Shown piece by piece: positions 10,716 to 23,013 of a stretch of 64,000 nt of DNA (positions are counted from its first letter, which is position 1; each line of letters begins with the position of its first letter). Under the pieces are notes generated by a model that searched no databases, was not told the origin of the DNA, and saw only the letters and a list, made by a program, of their open reading frames with translations. The position numbers and the translations under genes were made by a program. This DNA is from Candidatus Promineifilaceae bacterium (lineage in GTDB: Bacteria > Chloroflexota > Anaerolineae > Promineifilales > Promineifilaceae), in the NCBI GenBank assembly GCA_965223555.1, contig CBDCWU010000009.1, forward strand, positions 375,619 to 439,618, given 5' to 3'.

Positions 10716-11442
10716 TGTGTAGAGTATTAATTTTGTTTTTTGAAACTTTTGCGTCGTGTGTTTGGGTAAATAATTCGCTTGTCTTTCACCTCCTTTAATG
10801 AACGGTCAGGCAGCTATGAATGTTTTACTCATTCTGTAAATGCCTTATTGCTTTTTTACTCGCAATTGCTTAGCGATCACGAGAGGATAAGAGAGATTGT
10901 TGAGTGGAGGGTAATGACCAGCAAGATAGGCGTTCATTGTATCGTTCACAATGAGGTGAGTTGCTAGTCGCCGATTTAAGGGGAAATCTTGCATTCGTAA
11001 TTGCATAGATTCTTGGATTTTTAGTATTGGTTGTTTCTTCCCGATATACTCGCATTAGAAGCTTTTCCTAATATGAGTGGATGCTTAGTATAGCCTTGCG
11101 TTCAAAATTATCAAGTTTTTGTTAAGGAAAGCTATTTTCTGGGGGAGAATTAGCAACAATGAATTACTCTCAAAACTTGACGATCTGGCCTCAAACAGAT
11201 CTGTCAACTTGGGGGCAAAGAACACCTACTCGCTTGCTTATTGAAATCAGCAACCAGGGTGATAAACTAGACTTGCCCAAACGGGTTGGCTACGACTTGC
11301 ACAATGCGATTTGGCACGGCTTGATAACCCTAGAGAATCTAAAACGGCCGAACACAAATTGCCCAGCTAACGCGGTCTGAAGGCTAACCAGAACGCAAGG
11401 TTGGTTGCTCGAAGAGGAAATGCTATCCTGCTCAAGATATTA

Positions 11443-11775
11443 CTAACGATTATCCACGAAGAGCAAAATCATCAAGATCACCTCGATTGCCTTGGTGACG
11501 AGGCCAAGAACGCTGCTCCATGGTTCAGGGTTGACGAGAAAATAGGCGATAATCGTGACACCTGTATAAACCAATAAGGCCCAATAGGCATAGCTGCGGA
11601 ATTCGTGAAAAAAAACGATAGGCAAGAATATAATTGCTAACAACCCGAGAAAGCCAAGGCCATTCAAGATGAACAAGGTGTTGCCAAAACCAATACCTAG
11701 CGGAACCAGATGAATAACGGCCGTTGCTAAGGTCAAAACAATGATACCAATTTGGGTCGTATTTAGCTTCTGCAT
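11443..11775 (-). CDS. Small integral membrane protein, hypothetical
   Basis: 110 aa with three or four predicted TM helices. Confidence 0.4.
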   Translation of the reverse strand: MQKLNTTQIGIIVLTLATAVIHLVPLGIGFGNTLFILNGLGFLGLLAIIFLPIVFFHEFRSYAYWALLVYTGVTIIAYFLVNPEPWSSVLGLVTKAIEVILMILLFVDNR

Positions 11776-11937
11776 AATAATCTCTCCTCTTCTAAAATTA
11801 ATTATGCCCTTTGCGCTTGGCGGCTTACCAACTAATTCATGCTACTTTAGATGAACTTGTACCAGTTGACAACTATTCACAATTGTCTGTTTATACCATG
11901 ATCACCTTCCTTATTGCTGAGACCACCATATGTTAAA

Positions 11938-11964
11938 TTAGCACTCTCTCAAACTAACTGCTAA
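11938..11964 (+). promoter_or_regulatory. Imperfect CIRCE-like operator (TTAGCACTC-N9-aactGCTAA)
   Basis: Left half-site perfect; right half-site matches 7/9. Lies upstream of the groES -35 element. Confidence 0.5.
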
Positions 11965-11971
11965 AATACTC

Positions 11972-11999
11972 TTGACAAGCTATTGAACTATGCTAAAAT
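11972..11999 (+). promoter_or_regulatory. Sigma70-type promoter of groESL (TTGACA-N16-TGcTAAAAT, extended -10)
   Basis: -35 TTGACA at 11972-11977; TGn plus TAAAAT at 11991-11999. Confidence 0.6.
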
Positions 12000-12012
12000 G
12001 TCGTCAGTTAGA

Positions 12013-12039
12013 TTTAGCACTCTGGTCAAGAGAGTGCTA
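12013..12039 (+). promoter_or_regulatory. Perfect CIRCE element (HrcA operator) TTAGCACTC-N9-GAGTGCTAG
   Basis: Canonical CIRCE consensus between the promoter and the groES RBS. Confidence 0.9.
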
Positions 12040-12089
12040 GAATCGCCAAAACAGTAACCCAAATTTAGTTTACAGAAGGAGAACGTATT

Positions 12090-12386
12090 ATGTCTATGAA
12101 GCTCAAACCGCTGGGCGATCGTTTAGTGGTGGAACCCAAAGAACGTGAAGAAATGACGGCTTCTGGTTTGATTCTGCCAGAAACAGCCAAAGAAAAGCCT
12201 CAAGAAGGCGAAGTCATGGCCATAGGGCCTGGTCGCCGCGATGATGATGGCAAACGTGTGGCTATGGATGTGTCTGTAGGTGATCGTGTTTTGTACGCCA
12301 AATATGGCGGTACAGAAGTTAAAATTGATGGCAAAAAATTGCTCATTTTGAAAGAATCAGACGTCCTCGCAATTGTTGAGGCTTAA
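12090..12386 (+). CDS. groES: Co-chaperonin GroES
   Basis: 98 aa with the mobile loop and GroES fold sequence. RBS GGAG upstream. Confidence 0.95.
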   Translation: MSMKLKPLGDRLVVEPKEREEMTASGLILPETAKEKPQEGEVMAIGPGRRDDDGKRVAMDVSVGDRVLYAKYGGTEVKIDGKKLLILKESDVLAIVEA

Positions 12387-12396
12387 AGGAGATTGA

Positions 12397-14040
<1,644 letters not shown>

Positions 14041-14070
14041 AGCCAAAAGATTAGGAATAGTAGGAAATAA

Positions 14071-14103
14071 GACCCCTCAGTATTGAGGGGTCTTTGCTTT
14101 TAA
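14071..14103 (+). terminator. Rho-independent terminator after groEL
   Basis: gacccctca-GTAT-tgaggggtc hairpin followed by TTTGCTTTT. Confidence 0.75.
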
Positions 14104-14166
14104 GATGGTTTTTTGTACACTAATCAGAAAGTATCGGTTACTAATCATTATTTCTTTGGGATTATT

Positions 14167-14979
14167 ATGAGTCAAGCACTGCTAAAAAAATTGATACCAC
14201 AATTACAAAAAATGCGGTGGCCGCAAAACCCCGCTCTGACTGAACTGGGTCGAAAAACATATGATGCTTGTTTAGATAAAGTGGACATGTATCGAGATGA
14301 TCCGAAGGTACTGATTGAAGCGTTGCGCGTTCTACAGACGGGAGATTCGATGCCTTATGCTTATGCTGGTGTAGCCTATACACTTGTGGCTGCCTCCCAA
14401 CAAAAAGATGGCAGCTATTTGGAGTCAGGCCTCGAAGCCGCAATGGAATGGCTGGAAATGGCCCAGGAATCCGCACCAGATGAAGTCGACATTAATATGA
14501 TAGAGGCGTTGGCTTACATTCACAGCGGCCGTTTTGAGGATGCACGCCTTGTTCTCAACTATCTACATGATCGTGATCCCAATGATTACTATGTCCATGT
14601 GGCTGAGATCATTTTCTGGCAAGCACAAGATGATGTTGAACAGGCGACCCATTGGTATGAAAAAGCCAGCCTTTCTGCCAGAGAAGTACCACAACGCCTG
14701 CGTTTGCTGACTCGTATGGGCGAATTCTATACCAAAGAGAAAAATTACAACAAAGCCTTACAAATGTATAAAGAAGCTCTACATTTCAACAAAGAAAAGC
14801 CCGAACTTTGGCACAGCATTAGTGTGATCTATTGGCAGTTAGAAGAGTATGAAGAAGCGGCCAGGGCCAATAAGCAAACCCTGCGGTATGGGGATGTGCC
14901 AGGGGCGCAGCGAATGGCAGAGGCGCTGAAACAGAAGATGGGGGGCTCAGGAATTTTGTCGAGATTTAGACGAGGGTAG
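14167..14979 (+). CDS. TPR-repeat protein, hypothetical
   Basis: Repeated AxxAL/YxxA helical-pair pattern. The track ORF starts at 14113, but the ATG at 14167 removes an implausible leader. Confidence 0.5.
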   Translation: MSQALLKKLIPQLQKMRWPQNPALTELGRKTYDACLDKVDMYRDDPKVLIEALRVLQTGDSMPYAYAGVAYTLVAASQQKDGSYLESGLEAAMEWLEMAQESAPDEVDINMIEALAYIHSGRFEDARLVLNYLHDRDPNDYYVHVAEIIFWQAQDDVEQATHWYEKASLSAREVPQRLRLLTRMGEFYTKEKNYNKALQMYKEALHFNKEKPELWHSISVIYWQLEEYEEAARANKQTLRYGDVPGAQRMAEALKQKMGGSGILSRFRRG

Positions 14980-14993
14980 TTTCAATTGTCACA

Positions 14994-15020
14994 AAAAGCC
15001 GGGCATACCCGGCTTTTTTT
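14994..15020. terminator. Bidirectional rho-independent terminator (aagccgggc-ATA-cccggctt plus T7)
   Basis: Perfect 9-bp stem with an A-run upstream and a T-run downstream. Serves the TPR gene (+) and the FtsX permease gene (-). Confidence 0.75.
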
Positions 15021-17424
15021 ATTCGTAACTCAACACCTCGCGGATGGTGAGGCGGGACGCGCTACGGGCGGGCAGATAGCTGGCAATGACGGCCAAAATC
15101 AGCACGGTAAACAGCCACAGAAAAGCGCCAAATGTTGAGAAAATGTAACTGGGAGCGGCTTGCAACAGGGCTGTACCAACAGCGTTTGCTAAAAAGCGAC
15201 TAGTAGGGAGGGCCACGAGACCTCCAATCACCCAACTGATAAGACCAATAATCAGGCCTTCGAGCAAGACAATGCGCAGTACGGCACCATCGGAGGCCCC
15301 AATGGCACGCATGACACCAATTTCTCGGGTGCGTTCGATGACATTGATGCTCATCGTGCCCATCAAGCCCAAACCACCGACGATACCCAGCAACAGTGCC
15401 ATGAAGAGCAAAAAGACGATGATGACATTGAAAACGGCCGATATGGTTGTCCTCAACTGAGCAATGGTTGCCACTTGCTGCACACGGAAGCTGCTGCGAT
15501 AAATATCTTCCAAAATCTGGGCCATGGTCCTTTGGTTCTCTGGTGTGCGATCATTCAAACGTATGAGTGAGATTTGGGCCTGTCCCGCCGCTTTGGTGAT
15601 GCGGCTGAAATAATCAAAATTAGCAAACACATTAGGACCAGTTAGGATACCGCGTACAATGCCCACCACAACCCAATCTGTTTCCCTCCCATCAATGTTG
15701 AGAACTATGGTGTCGCCCAACGTCACATCATCTTCTGTTCGTAAAACATCGGTGTTGATCACGACGGCATTGGTGTCACCCTCCTGAATCCAGCGGCCTT
15801 CGATAAGGATGGGGTTGAGCATATCAGAATCGGCCGTTGGGGCATAGGCAATAATGGTGTCGCTTTCCGTGCCATCGGGCCGAATACGGCTAATGGAACC
15901 AAAGCCCCACGTCTCCACATTAGCCACCTCAGGCATATCTTGCACAATGCGCTGGATGCGCTCGGTGCGATAGGCACGATCAAATACCACTTGAACATCA
16001 TAATCAAAAAGCTGCAAAGCATCATCCAATGTCTGCTGCAAGGAAGCTCGGACGCTGAAGATGGAAATGAAGATAGCACTGGCTAAACAGAGGGTAATGA
16101 GAGTGAGGATCAGCCGCCCTTTGCGACGGAAGGTGTTACGGAGAGAGATTTGTGACGGCCGTTCCATGGGTGTCACCTTCCCCAAATTTACTATCAGCCG
16201 ATCGACAAAACTCGTTCCAAACTGCCCCTTGCCTAAACCATGTTCACTCAAAGCCTCTCGTACCGTCACCCGCACCCCGCGCACAATGGGAAAAATCGCT
16301 GCCAGCAGCGGGACAGCCAAAGCAATCACCGTCTGAATCACCACCACCACTGGCTCAAAACGGAAGCCGCCCACATCAAAGTTGAGCAAAGTGGCAAAAA
16401 GCGAGGCTAAGCCAATACCACCAGCCGCACCCAGGGGCACAGCAATCAGCAGCGATAAGAGGCCCAACATAATGACCATTACAAAATACATAACCGTAAT
16501 TTGGGGCGTCTTGGCTCCGATAGCCTTCATAATGCCAATCTGCTGCACCTGTCGGGTCAAAATAGCTGACAAAATATTGATGATGAGGAAACTGCTAAGA
16601 ACCAATGACAGCCCGCCCATTGCCCCTAAAATCAGCGAAAAGGCATCGAGGAAATTTTGGGCTGGATGCTCACCCGGCGGAAAAATGAGAGCGAACAAGA
16701 CAGCCACACCACTACGCTCTAACCGATTTTCGATCATCTTGCCCACAGATTGGACATGTTCTTGGTTCAACTTGTCCTCTGCCGCCACAAACACAAGCTG
16801 ATTAAAGTCACGTGGTTCCCCCAACCATTCCAGCGTCTCATAAGTGATATAGGCATAGCCAGAACCATTGATAAAAGCTGGCAATTGGCTCAAATCATGC
16901 ACAGTACCCGATATGTGAATCTCACGCTGTTTACCATCTGGTGGCTCAATAATGAGCGTATCGCCAATGGCAACGTCGCCCAGGCCCAGCGAGGCATCCA
17001 GAGAAGCCCGTTCAATCAGCATCGTTTCTTCGGGCGGCGGGAAGGCACCTGCTTGCGGATTGACGCGATTAATGGTGATGTCCTCAAAGTCAGGTATGGC
17101 GATAAGTTGGATGTTGCGCCATTCACCCGCCGGGGTCAGAAAGCGTACAAAAACAGCCCGACGGCCTTCAGCCTGCCCAATTTCGGGCAGCGCCCGAATC
17201 GTTTCTACCATGTCGTCATCAAAGGTGTTGAGGGTAAGGATCGTACCGCTGGCAGGATTGATGGCAGCATAGGCTTCGGGCAAGTTGCGATCTATGATGA
17301 TTTGGGACACCATGACCATGCCAATAGCTGTAACGCCCACGGCGATGGAGAGGAGTACCAGCAAGGTACGGGTTTTATTGGCCCAAAGATCGCGCACCAC
17401 TTTGCGCCAGCGTGTTGAAGACAT
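15019..17424 (-). CDS. ABC transporter permease with two FtsX-like domains (MacB/YbbP-like); no ATPase gene adjacent
   Basis: 801 aa. The N-terminal MSSTRWRKVVRDLWANKTRTLLVLLSIAVGV is typical of FtsX-family permeases. Two four-TM bundles. Confidence 0.7.
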   Translation of the reverse strand: MSSTRWRKVVRDLWANKTRTLLVLLSIAVGVTAIGMVMVSQIIIDRNLPEAYAAINPASGTILTLNTFDDDMVETIRALPEIGQAEGRRAVFVRFLTPAGEWRNIQLIAIPDFEDITINRVNPQAGAFPPPEETMLIERASLDASLGLGDVAIGDTLIIEPPDGKQREIHISGTVHDLSQLPAFINGSGYAYITYETLEWLGEPRDFNQLVFVAAEDKLNQEHVQSVGKMIENRLERSGVAVLFALIFPPGEHPAQNFLDAFSLILGAMGGLSLVLSSFLIINILSAILTRQVQQIGIMKAIGAKTPQITVMYFVMVIMLGLLSLLIAVPLGAAGGIGLASLFATLLNFDVGGFRFEPVVVVIQTVIALAVPLLAAIFPIVRGVRVTVREALSEHGLGKGQFGTSFVDRLIVNLGKVTPMERPSQISLRNTFRRKGRLILTLITLCLASAIFISIFSVRASLQQTLDDALQLFDYDVQVVFDRAYRTERIQRIVQDMPEVANVETWGFGSISRIRPDGTESDTIIAYAPTADSDMLNPILIEGRWIQEGDTNAVVINTDVLRTEDDVTLGDTIVLNIDGRETDWVVVGIVRGILTGPNVFANFDYFSRITKAAGQAQISLIRLNDRTPENQRTMAQILEDIYRSSFRVQQVATIAQLRTTISAVFNVIIVFLLFMALLLGIVGGLGLMGTMSINVIERTREIGVMRAIGASDGAVLRIVLLEGLIIGLISWVIGGLVALPTSRFLANAVGTALLQAAPSYIFSTFGAFLWLFTVLILAVIASYLPARSASRLTIREVLSYE

Positions 17425-17591
17425 GCAGGTTATTATAGGGGGGAACTATCTTGATGGGAAGCATGAAAGCAGATAAATCTGCAGCTACGACTACAAAGTA
17501 GCCCTGTGGCGACTAAAGCAAGAATATTTCTGTCTCTTTTAGCCCGCGCAGGTGAGGTTTGTACAGCCGTCTTCGCGTTGTAGCCGCGATT

Positions 17592-18368
17592 TTAATCGCT
17601 TTTTCGTTCATTCGATTGCCCTGGCCTGTCAAACCCCCGTGCTTGCCAGGCCACATACAGCAGCACTGAACCAGCCACGGCCGCGTTTAAAGATTCCACC
17701 TGGCCGCGCATAGGCAGTTTGATGAGAAAGTCACAGCTTTGACCCACCAGCCGCCGCAGCCCTTGGCCTTCATGACCAACAACGATGGCCAGGGCGCGAT
17801 CCAAATCCACACTGCCCAATACCTGCGACTCCGGCACAATGTCCATACCCGCCACCCACACATCACGCTCTTGAAGTTGTTTGATACTGTGTACCAGATT
17901 CGTTACTTGGGCAATAAGCAGATGTTCAGTAGCCCCCACAGCGTATTGGACGACAGCGGGGGTGATGTCGGGGGCGCGACGATCTTGCAAAATGACACCA
18001 TGCACACCCACAATTTCGGCTGTGCGTAGCAGTGCGCCGATGTTTTGGGGGCCGTGCAGTAAATCGAGGATGAGTAAAAAGGGAGCTTCACCCCGATTAG
18101 CAGCCAGGGCCAGCATTTCATCTATGTCACTGTATTCATAGGCCCCTACTTCGAGGACGACACCTTGATGTTTGCTGTCTTTGGCTAGGTTGGCGAGCTT
18201 TTGTTTATCGGCCGTTTCCACCCTCACCCCCCGCTCCTTCGCCGCCGACATAATTGGCACTGCCAATTTACGATCCAACCCCTTTTGTAGCCACACTTTA
18301 TGTACCTGCCGCCGTCGGCCACGCAGCACTTCCAGAGCAGGATTACGACGGATGATAATTTCAGTCAT
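17592..18368 (-). CDS. rlmB: SpoU/TrmH-family 23S rRNA 2'-O-methyltransferase (RlmB-like)
   Basis: SpoU motifs GPQNIGALLRTAEIVG and SLNAAVAGSVLLY. 258 aa. Confidence 0.7.
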   Translation of the reverse strand: MTEIIIRRNPALEVLRGRRRQVHKVWLQKGLDRKLAVPIMSAAKERGVRVETADKQKLANLAKDSKHQGVVLEVGAYEYSDIDEMLALAANRGEAPFLLILDLLHGPQNIGALLRTAEIVGVHGVILQDRRAPDITPAVVQYAVGATEHLLIAQVTNLVHSIKQLQERDVWVAGMDIVPESQVLGSVDLDRALAIVVGHEGQGLRRLVGQSCDFLIKLPMRGQVESLNAAVAGSVLLYVAWQARGFDRPGQSNERKSD

Positions 18369-18428
18369 TGGTGAACCATAATCGGTAATCGGTTTTCGGA
18401 TTACGGTTCACCGAATACCGATTACCCT
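18369..18428. repeat. Palindromic ccgattac/cggtaatcgg repeat element forming a long hairpin between rlmB and cysS
   Basis: ggtgaaccataatcggtaatcgg ... cggattacggttcacc. Related copies occur at 44239-44275 and 45079-45100. Confidence 0.5.
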
Positions 18429-19871
18429 CTACTCCAGCTTCCAAATCGTCCCATCAACCCGATCTTCCAGCGCTACACCCAAATCACGCAACTGGTCGCG
18501 GACTTTGTCAGATGTGGCCCAATCTTTGTTAGCACGAGCAGTGGCGCGGAGGTCAATCAACAAGCGAATGAGGCCATCTTCACGTTCGGCATTGGCACTG
18601 CTTTCAGCTTGGTCGGGCACAATGCCCAGCACATCGCCACCCAACTCGCGGTAAAGCTGGTCAATAGCATTGAGCGTTTCACGGCTTTGGGCTTGGCCTT
18701 CATTCAGCAGTGTGTTTACTTGACGTGTCAAATCTTGCAATGATGCCAGGGCAGCAGGCATGTTGAAATCATCATTCATCTTTTCTATGAAGATAGCTTT
18801 GGCTTTTTCTAGCATCGCCAAAACATCGGCATTGGCCTCGCCAGCCTCTGCGCGGCGCAGTTGGTCACGCACCAGCGTGACCGCCCCCCAAATGCGCTGC
18901 CAACCCTTGAAAGCTGCTTCCACAGCCTCATCAGAGAAATCAATGGGGTTGCTATAATGACTAGACAAAATAAAGGTACGAATGGCCTCTGGTCGCCAGC
19001 GTTGCAGAGCATCTTTAATAGTCAAAGTATTGCCCAAACTCTTGCTCATTTTCACGCCATCCAATGTCAATGAACCAGTCAACATCCAATAATTACAAAA
19101 GGCTTCGCCATGAGCCGCTTCACTCTGAGCAATCTCACATTCATTATGAGGGAAAATATTGTCAATACCACCGCCATGCAAGTCAAACGTTTGGCCCAAA
19201 TATTTGGTGGCCATAGCCGAACATTCAATGTGCCAGCCGGGAAACCCTTCGCCCCAAGGGCTGGGCCAACGCAAAATATGTTCAGGTTCGGCCTTTTTCC
19301 ATAGGGCAAAGTCAGCTGGATGTTTCTTCTCTTCACGAATAGTGACCCGTGCCCCTTCTTCAAGGTCTTCGACAATACGGCCGCTTAACTTGCCGTACTC
19401 TGGATGGGAAGCCACATCAAAGTAAACTGAGCCATCTACCTCGTAAGCGTGCCCTTTTTCAATCAGGGTTTGCACCATAGCGATCTGTTCGGGGATGTGG
19501 GCACTGGCGCGGGGGCTGATGTCGGGGCGTCTAACACCTAGTGCATCCATATCGGCGAAGTAGTCACGCATATAGGTCTCGACAACGGCCATCGGCAGCG
19601 AGGAAATTTGTCGTGCTTTACGCAAAATGCGGTCTTCGCCAGTATCCAACATGTGGCCCACGTCGGTGATATTTTGCACGTATAAGACGTCGTAACCGAT
19701 GTAACGCAGGTAGCGCACGATAATGTCAAAGCTGACGTAGGTTTTGCCGTGACCAATATGGGAATAGTCATAAACGGTCGGACCACAGACGTAGATGTTG
19801 ATTTTGCCTTCAGTAAGCGGTTGGAAAGCCTCTTTTTGGCGAGTTAAGACGTTGTAGATTTTCAAAGTCAT
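18429..19871 (-). CDS. cysS: Cysteine--tRNA ligase
   Basis: HIGH motif ([17 protein letters not shown]) and KMSKS motif. 480 aa. Confidence 0.95.
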   Translation of the reverse strand: MTLKIYNVLTRQKEAFQPLTEGKINIYVCGPTVYDYSHIGHGKTYVSFDIIVRYLRYIGYDVLYVQNITDVGHMLDTGEDRILRKARQISSLPMAVVETYMRDYFADMDALGVRRPDISPRASAHIPEQIAMVQTLIEKGHAYEVDGSVYFDVASHPEYGKLSGRIVEDLEEGARVTIREEKKHPADFALWKKAEPEHILRWPSPWGEGFPGWHIECSAMATKYLGQTFDLHGGGIDNIFPHNECEIAQSEAAHGEAFCNYWMLTGSLTLDGVKMSKSLGNTLTIKDALQRWRPEAIRTFILSSHYSNPIDFSDEAVEAAFKGWQRIWGAVTLVRDQLRRAEAGEANADVLAMLEKAKAIFIEKMNDDFNMPAALASLQDLTRQVNTLLNEGQAQSRETLNAIDQLYRELGGDVLGIVPDQAESSANAEREDGLIRLLIDLRATARANKDWATSDKVRDQLRDLGVALEDRVDGTIWKLE

Positions 19872-20215
19872 AGTTGCTCCGTTTTCAGTATTCTGTGTTC
19901 AGTAAACAGGTGTCGGTCACTAACTTTACCCTGATTATGGCTCACTGACCACTGATCATAGAGTAGGTTATACTGGTTTTATAAATGGATTAATCACTTT
20001 TCATGCGGGGACAACGGCCGATTTCCACACTATCTTTTGTCTCCTTGAGGAAACCTATGCTGATTTGGCACGGCGCATACAGCAAACAGCGTTAACAAGC
20101 TGAGCTGATCCGGCTCAGTTAGCACGCATGTGAAAGATGTGGCGGGGATTATATAATCATTTCGCAAAAACGGCCGAGCAAGATAATATGGTAGTTGGTT
20201 TTGCCCACTCTATTT

Positions 20216-20869
20216 CTAGCTGAGCCACTCATCCTCCTCTGCATCTTCATCTTCATCATCTTCCCACAACATGGCTGCTGGAGTGCGGTATTCTTCTCGG
20301 TGGGCGCTTTTTATCTGCCCCATCCAAGCCACTCGAGCCGCATCTACCGCACGCTCCACTGTGATCCAATCTTCCTCAGCCAGTAGCAACAAACCAATTT
20401 GAGTTGTACCGAACATGAAACGGGGCATCACTTTCTTGGCAGCTTGTACTTCTTCTGTCTCTTCATGCAGCGAAACAAATATCTGCGTCTGATTAAAGTA
20501 GGGTTTCACTGCCTGTTGTTCCTTCCGGCTTAATTCCTTTAAGGCATGGTGCTGAGCAATGCGCCCCCCCGTAATCACGTCAATGTTCTCATAGGTTATT
20601 GGCAGCTCATGGCCCTCATAGGCAACAATGATGCCATCTTCTTCAATTTGTAAAAAGCCTGATGGGGCTGATAGTGAAAGCAAGCGTAAGACGATGGCGA
20701 TAAGAATCAGCAAACCACCCAGCCCCCAAACCACGATGGTCAAAGAACCTAGGAATGAGAAATAAAATTGGTCAACGGCCGCTACCAACAATAGCAACAA
20801 CCCGAACCAAAACAGCCCTCTCCCACGCCTCTTTGGCGCAAAACCAAGCAATGGATACTTTTTCGTCAT
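20216..20869 (-). CDS. Membrane protein with acidic C-terminal tail, hypothetical
   Basis: Two N-terminal TM helices. C-terminus EDDEDEDAEEDEWLS. Confidence 0.4.
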   Translation of the reverse strand: MTKKYPLLGFAPKRRGRGLFWFGLLLLLVAAVDQFYFSFLGSLTIVVWGLGGLLILIAIVLRLLSLSAPSGFLQIEEDGIIVAYEGHELPITYENIDVITGGRIAQHHALKELSRKEQQAVKPYFNQTQIFVSLHEETEEVQAAKKVMPRFMFGTTQIGLLLLAEEDWITVERAVDAARVAWMGQIKSAHREEYRTPAAMLWEDDEDEDAEEDEWLS

Positions 20870-20916
20870 GACTACTACCTATACTGGTACGGTGATGGGT
20901 CTATTTTCACCTTGAG

Positions 20917-21234
20917 CTAAATTTGGAAACGATCCTTATATGGCACAACTTTATAAGTTAGACCCTCTACAAAAGTTTCCAACTTTTCATTAAATGACAC
21001 CCACTCGTCATCCTGAAACAAGTTCGTAGCTGTCTCACGTTCTCGGCAAACAAATTCCAAGAGCCGGTTGGGTGCGCTACCATAGGCTGTATGCCAAGCC
21101 TGGCTAATTTGTAGGCCCATGGATCCCATAAAGGGGATATACTTCCCCAATATAAATTGACGATATTCGTCAATTTGGTTTGGTCTCACATCATAGCTCA
21201 CAAGTATTTTGTAGCCTACCAGATTATCACTCAT
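20917..21234 (-). CDS. Hypothetical protein
   Basis: 105-aa ORF overlapping the kinase gene stop by 4 nt. Confidence 0.35.
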   Translation of the reverse strand: MSDNLVGYKILVSYDVRPNQIDEYRQFILGKYIPFMGSMGLQISQAWHTAYGSAPNRLLEFVCRERETATNLFQDDEWVSFNEKLETFVEGLTYKVVPYKDRFQI

Positions 21235-22970
21235 GTTTCACCCCCTAGAGCCAATGGCACAGTAAAAGTAAAGATGCTCCCCGTACCCAATTTACTCTCG
21301 AAGTAAATATCGCCCCCTTGAGCTTCGACTATTTTTTTGACAATAGATAGGCCAAGCCCCCACCCAGCCTGTTCCCGCACTTCCCGATCTTCTGCCCGGA
21401 AGAATTGGGTGAACAGCTTTGCTTGATTCTCTTCGGAGATGCCCAGTCCATTATCCCTGACGGAGATGGTGGCGATACGGCCGTTATGCTTTGCCTCAAT
21501 CGTTATCTCCCCCCCATCTGATGTGTACTTATGAGCATTGCTGACTAAATTCATAATCACTTGGCTTAAGCGCGTCGGATCCGCATATACAAATGGCAAA
21601 TCCTCAACCACCTGCATCATCACAGACTGTTCTCTTGCCGCAGTTGCCTCACTCAAATTCTCCATGACATCTTCAATCACTTCCGGCAAATCTACAGCCT
21701 CAAACTCAAACTGCATACGGCCACTTTCAATACGATTAATGTCCCCTAAATCCCGGATCAAGGCTCCCATGCGATCCAAATTGCGCTTTACCACATCCAA
21801 AAACTGTCCCTGCTGCTCACTTAACGGCCCTGCCATCCCCGAAGCAATCAAGTCCGTATAACCCTTGATTGAAGTCATGGGCAGGCGCAGTTCATGCGTT
21901 ACTAGCGAGACAAAATCACTTTTAGCCTTATTGGCATCCTGAATAGCCTGGTACAGGCGGGCATTTTTAATCGCAACAGCCGCCCGGTCAGCCAACCGCT
22001 CCATAAACTCAACATCCTCGTCATTCAGGGCATTGACATTCATGCTTTTCAGGGTTAATAAGCCCGTAATCACCCCATCCCGCTTGATAGGCACGTTAAT
22101 CTGGATGGCCGCTGGCACATCATCAAAGGCTTGTACGGCCGTTAAATCATGTGTCACTACCACTTTTTCCTCGGCCAAAATCTGTGCCAAAATCGGATGC
22201 GTTGTGCGAATCACCTTCGCCTGCTCGTTCTGCTCAACCCCCTGATAAAATAGAATATGCAGGACATATTCTTCATTTCCATCATCCAATTGCTCCATCA
22301 AACCAATGGACCCCATTTCGGCTGTTGTCAATCGTAAAGCCCAATCTAGCGATAAGCTAAGAACTCTATCCAAATCCAACGAACGGTTCAGTTCCTGGTC
22401 AATCTGTTGGAACAGCGACAACTCAGCCACACGCCGCGCCAAGGCCTGATCCGTCTGTGTAAACAGGCGGGCGTTCTCAATAGCAATCGCCGCCTGATTA
22501 GCAAAAGTGGCTAATAGTTCCAAGTCTGCATCCTTGAAAATATTAGTCATAAAGCGGTTATCTACATACACCGCCCCCAAGGTGCGGCCTCTAGCCAACA
22601 GTGGGGCACACATAATTGAGCGCAATTGATAGCCCACCACACTTTGCTGGCCCGAAAAACGTTCATCTTCCTGGGCATTATTGGTGACAATACCTTTACC
22701 CGTGCCGGCAGCGCGCTTCACCACCGTCTGGCTAATTTGTAGAGAGCGGGCCTCCATGGCGTTCTCATCCACATTCCGGGCCGCCATCATCTGGAGTTCT
22801 TCAGTCATGTCGTCGAACAGCATTAAAAAGCCGCGCTCAGCGCCAGTCAGTTTAATAATGGCATCCATCACCTGATTCAATACTTCACCCAGGTCCAGAC
22901 TCGTCCCCAGTTGCGAACTGAGTTCATAAAGAATCGCAAGTCGTGATTGTTCTGCGGCTTGTTTGCTCAT
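21231..22970 (-). CDS. Sensor histidine kinase with tandem GAF domains
   Basis: HisKA H-box (THELRLPMTSIKGY) and HATPase_c (DNGLGISEE, GLGLSIV) motifs. Two GAF-like segments. Confidence 0.75.
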   Translation of the reverse strand: MSKQAAEQSRLAILYELSSQLGTSLDLGEVLNQVMDAIIKLTGAERGFLMLFDDMTEELQMMAARNVDENAMEARSLQISQTVVKRAAGTGKGIVTNNAQEDERFSGQQSVVGYQLRSIMCAPLLARGRTLGAVYVDNRFMTNIFKDADLELLATFANQAAIAIENARLFTQTDQALARRVAELSLFQQIDQELNRSLDLDRVLSLSLDWALRLTTAEMGSIGLMEQLDDGNEEYVLHILFYQGVEQNEQAKVIRTTHPILAQILAEEKVVVTHDLTAVQAFDDVPAAIQINVPIKRDGVITGLLTLKSMNVNALNDEDVEFMERLADRAAVAIKNARLYQAIQDANKAKSDFVSLVTHELRLPMTSIKGYTDLIASGMAGPLSEQQGQFLDVVKRNLDRMGALIRDLGDINRIESGRMQFEFEAVDLPEVIEDVMENLSEATAAREQSVMMQVVEDLPFVYADPTRLSQVIMNLVSNAHKYTSDGGEITIEAKHNGRIATISVRDNGLGISEENQAKLFTQFFRAEDREVREQAGWGLGLSIVKKIVEAQGGDIYFESKLGTGSIFTFTVPLALGGET

Positions 22971-23013
22971 AAGTTTAGAGAGTGGAGATTAGAGAATGGA
23001 GATGCAGAGAAAC

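Noticed and set aside
10716-11442. ORF 11159..11380 (+, 73 aa) and the ~700-nt spacer upstream of the ABC-transporter operon
   Set aside because: The ORF has no RBS or conserved features and is most likely the operon's 5' leader or promoter region. A regulatory RNA cannot be excluded but nothing specific, such as a riboswitch consensus, was recognised.
16061-17476. Plus-strand ORFs (16382..16801, 16750..17418 and others) inside the FtsX permease gene
   Set aside because: Antisense to a well-supported 801-aa membrane protein CDS. No conserved motifs.
17425-17591. Possible tRNA or ncRNA in the 166-nt spacer after the permease start
   Set aside because: No T-loop (GGTTCGANTCC-like) or D-loop consensus found. 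No cloverleaf could be built by eye.
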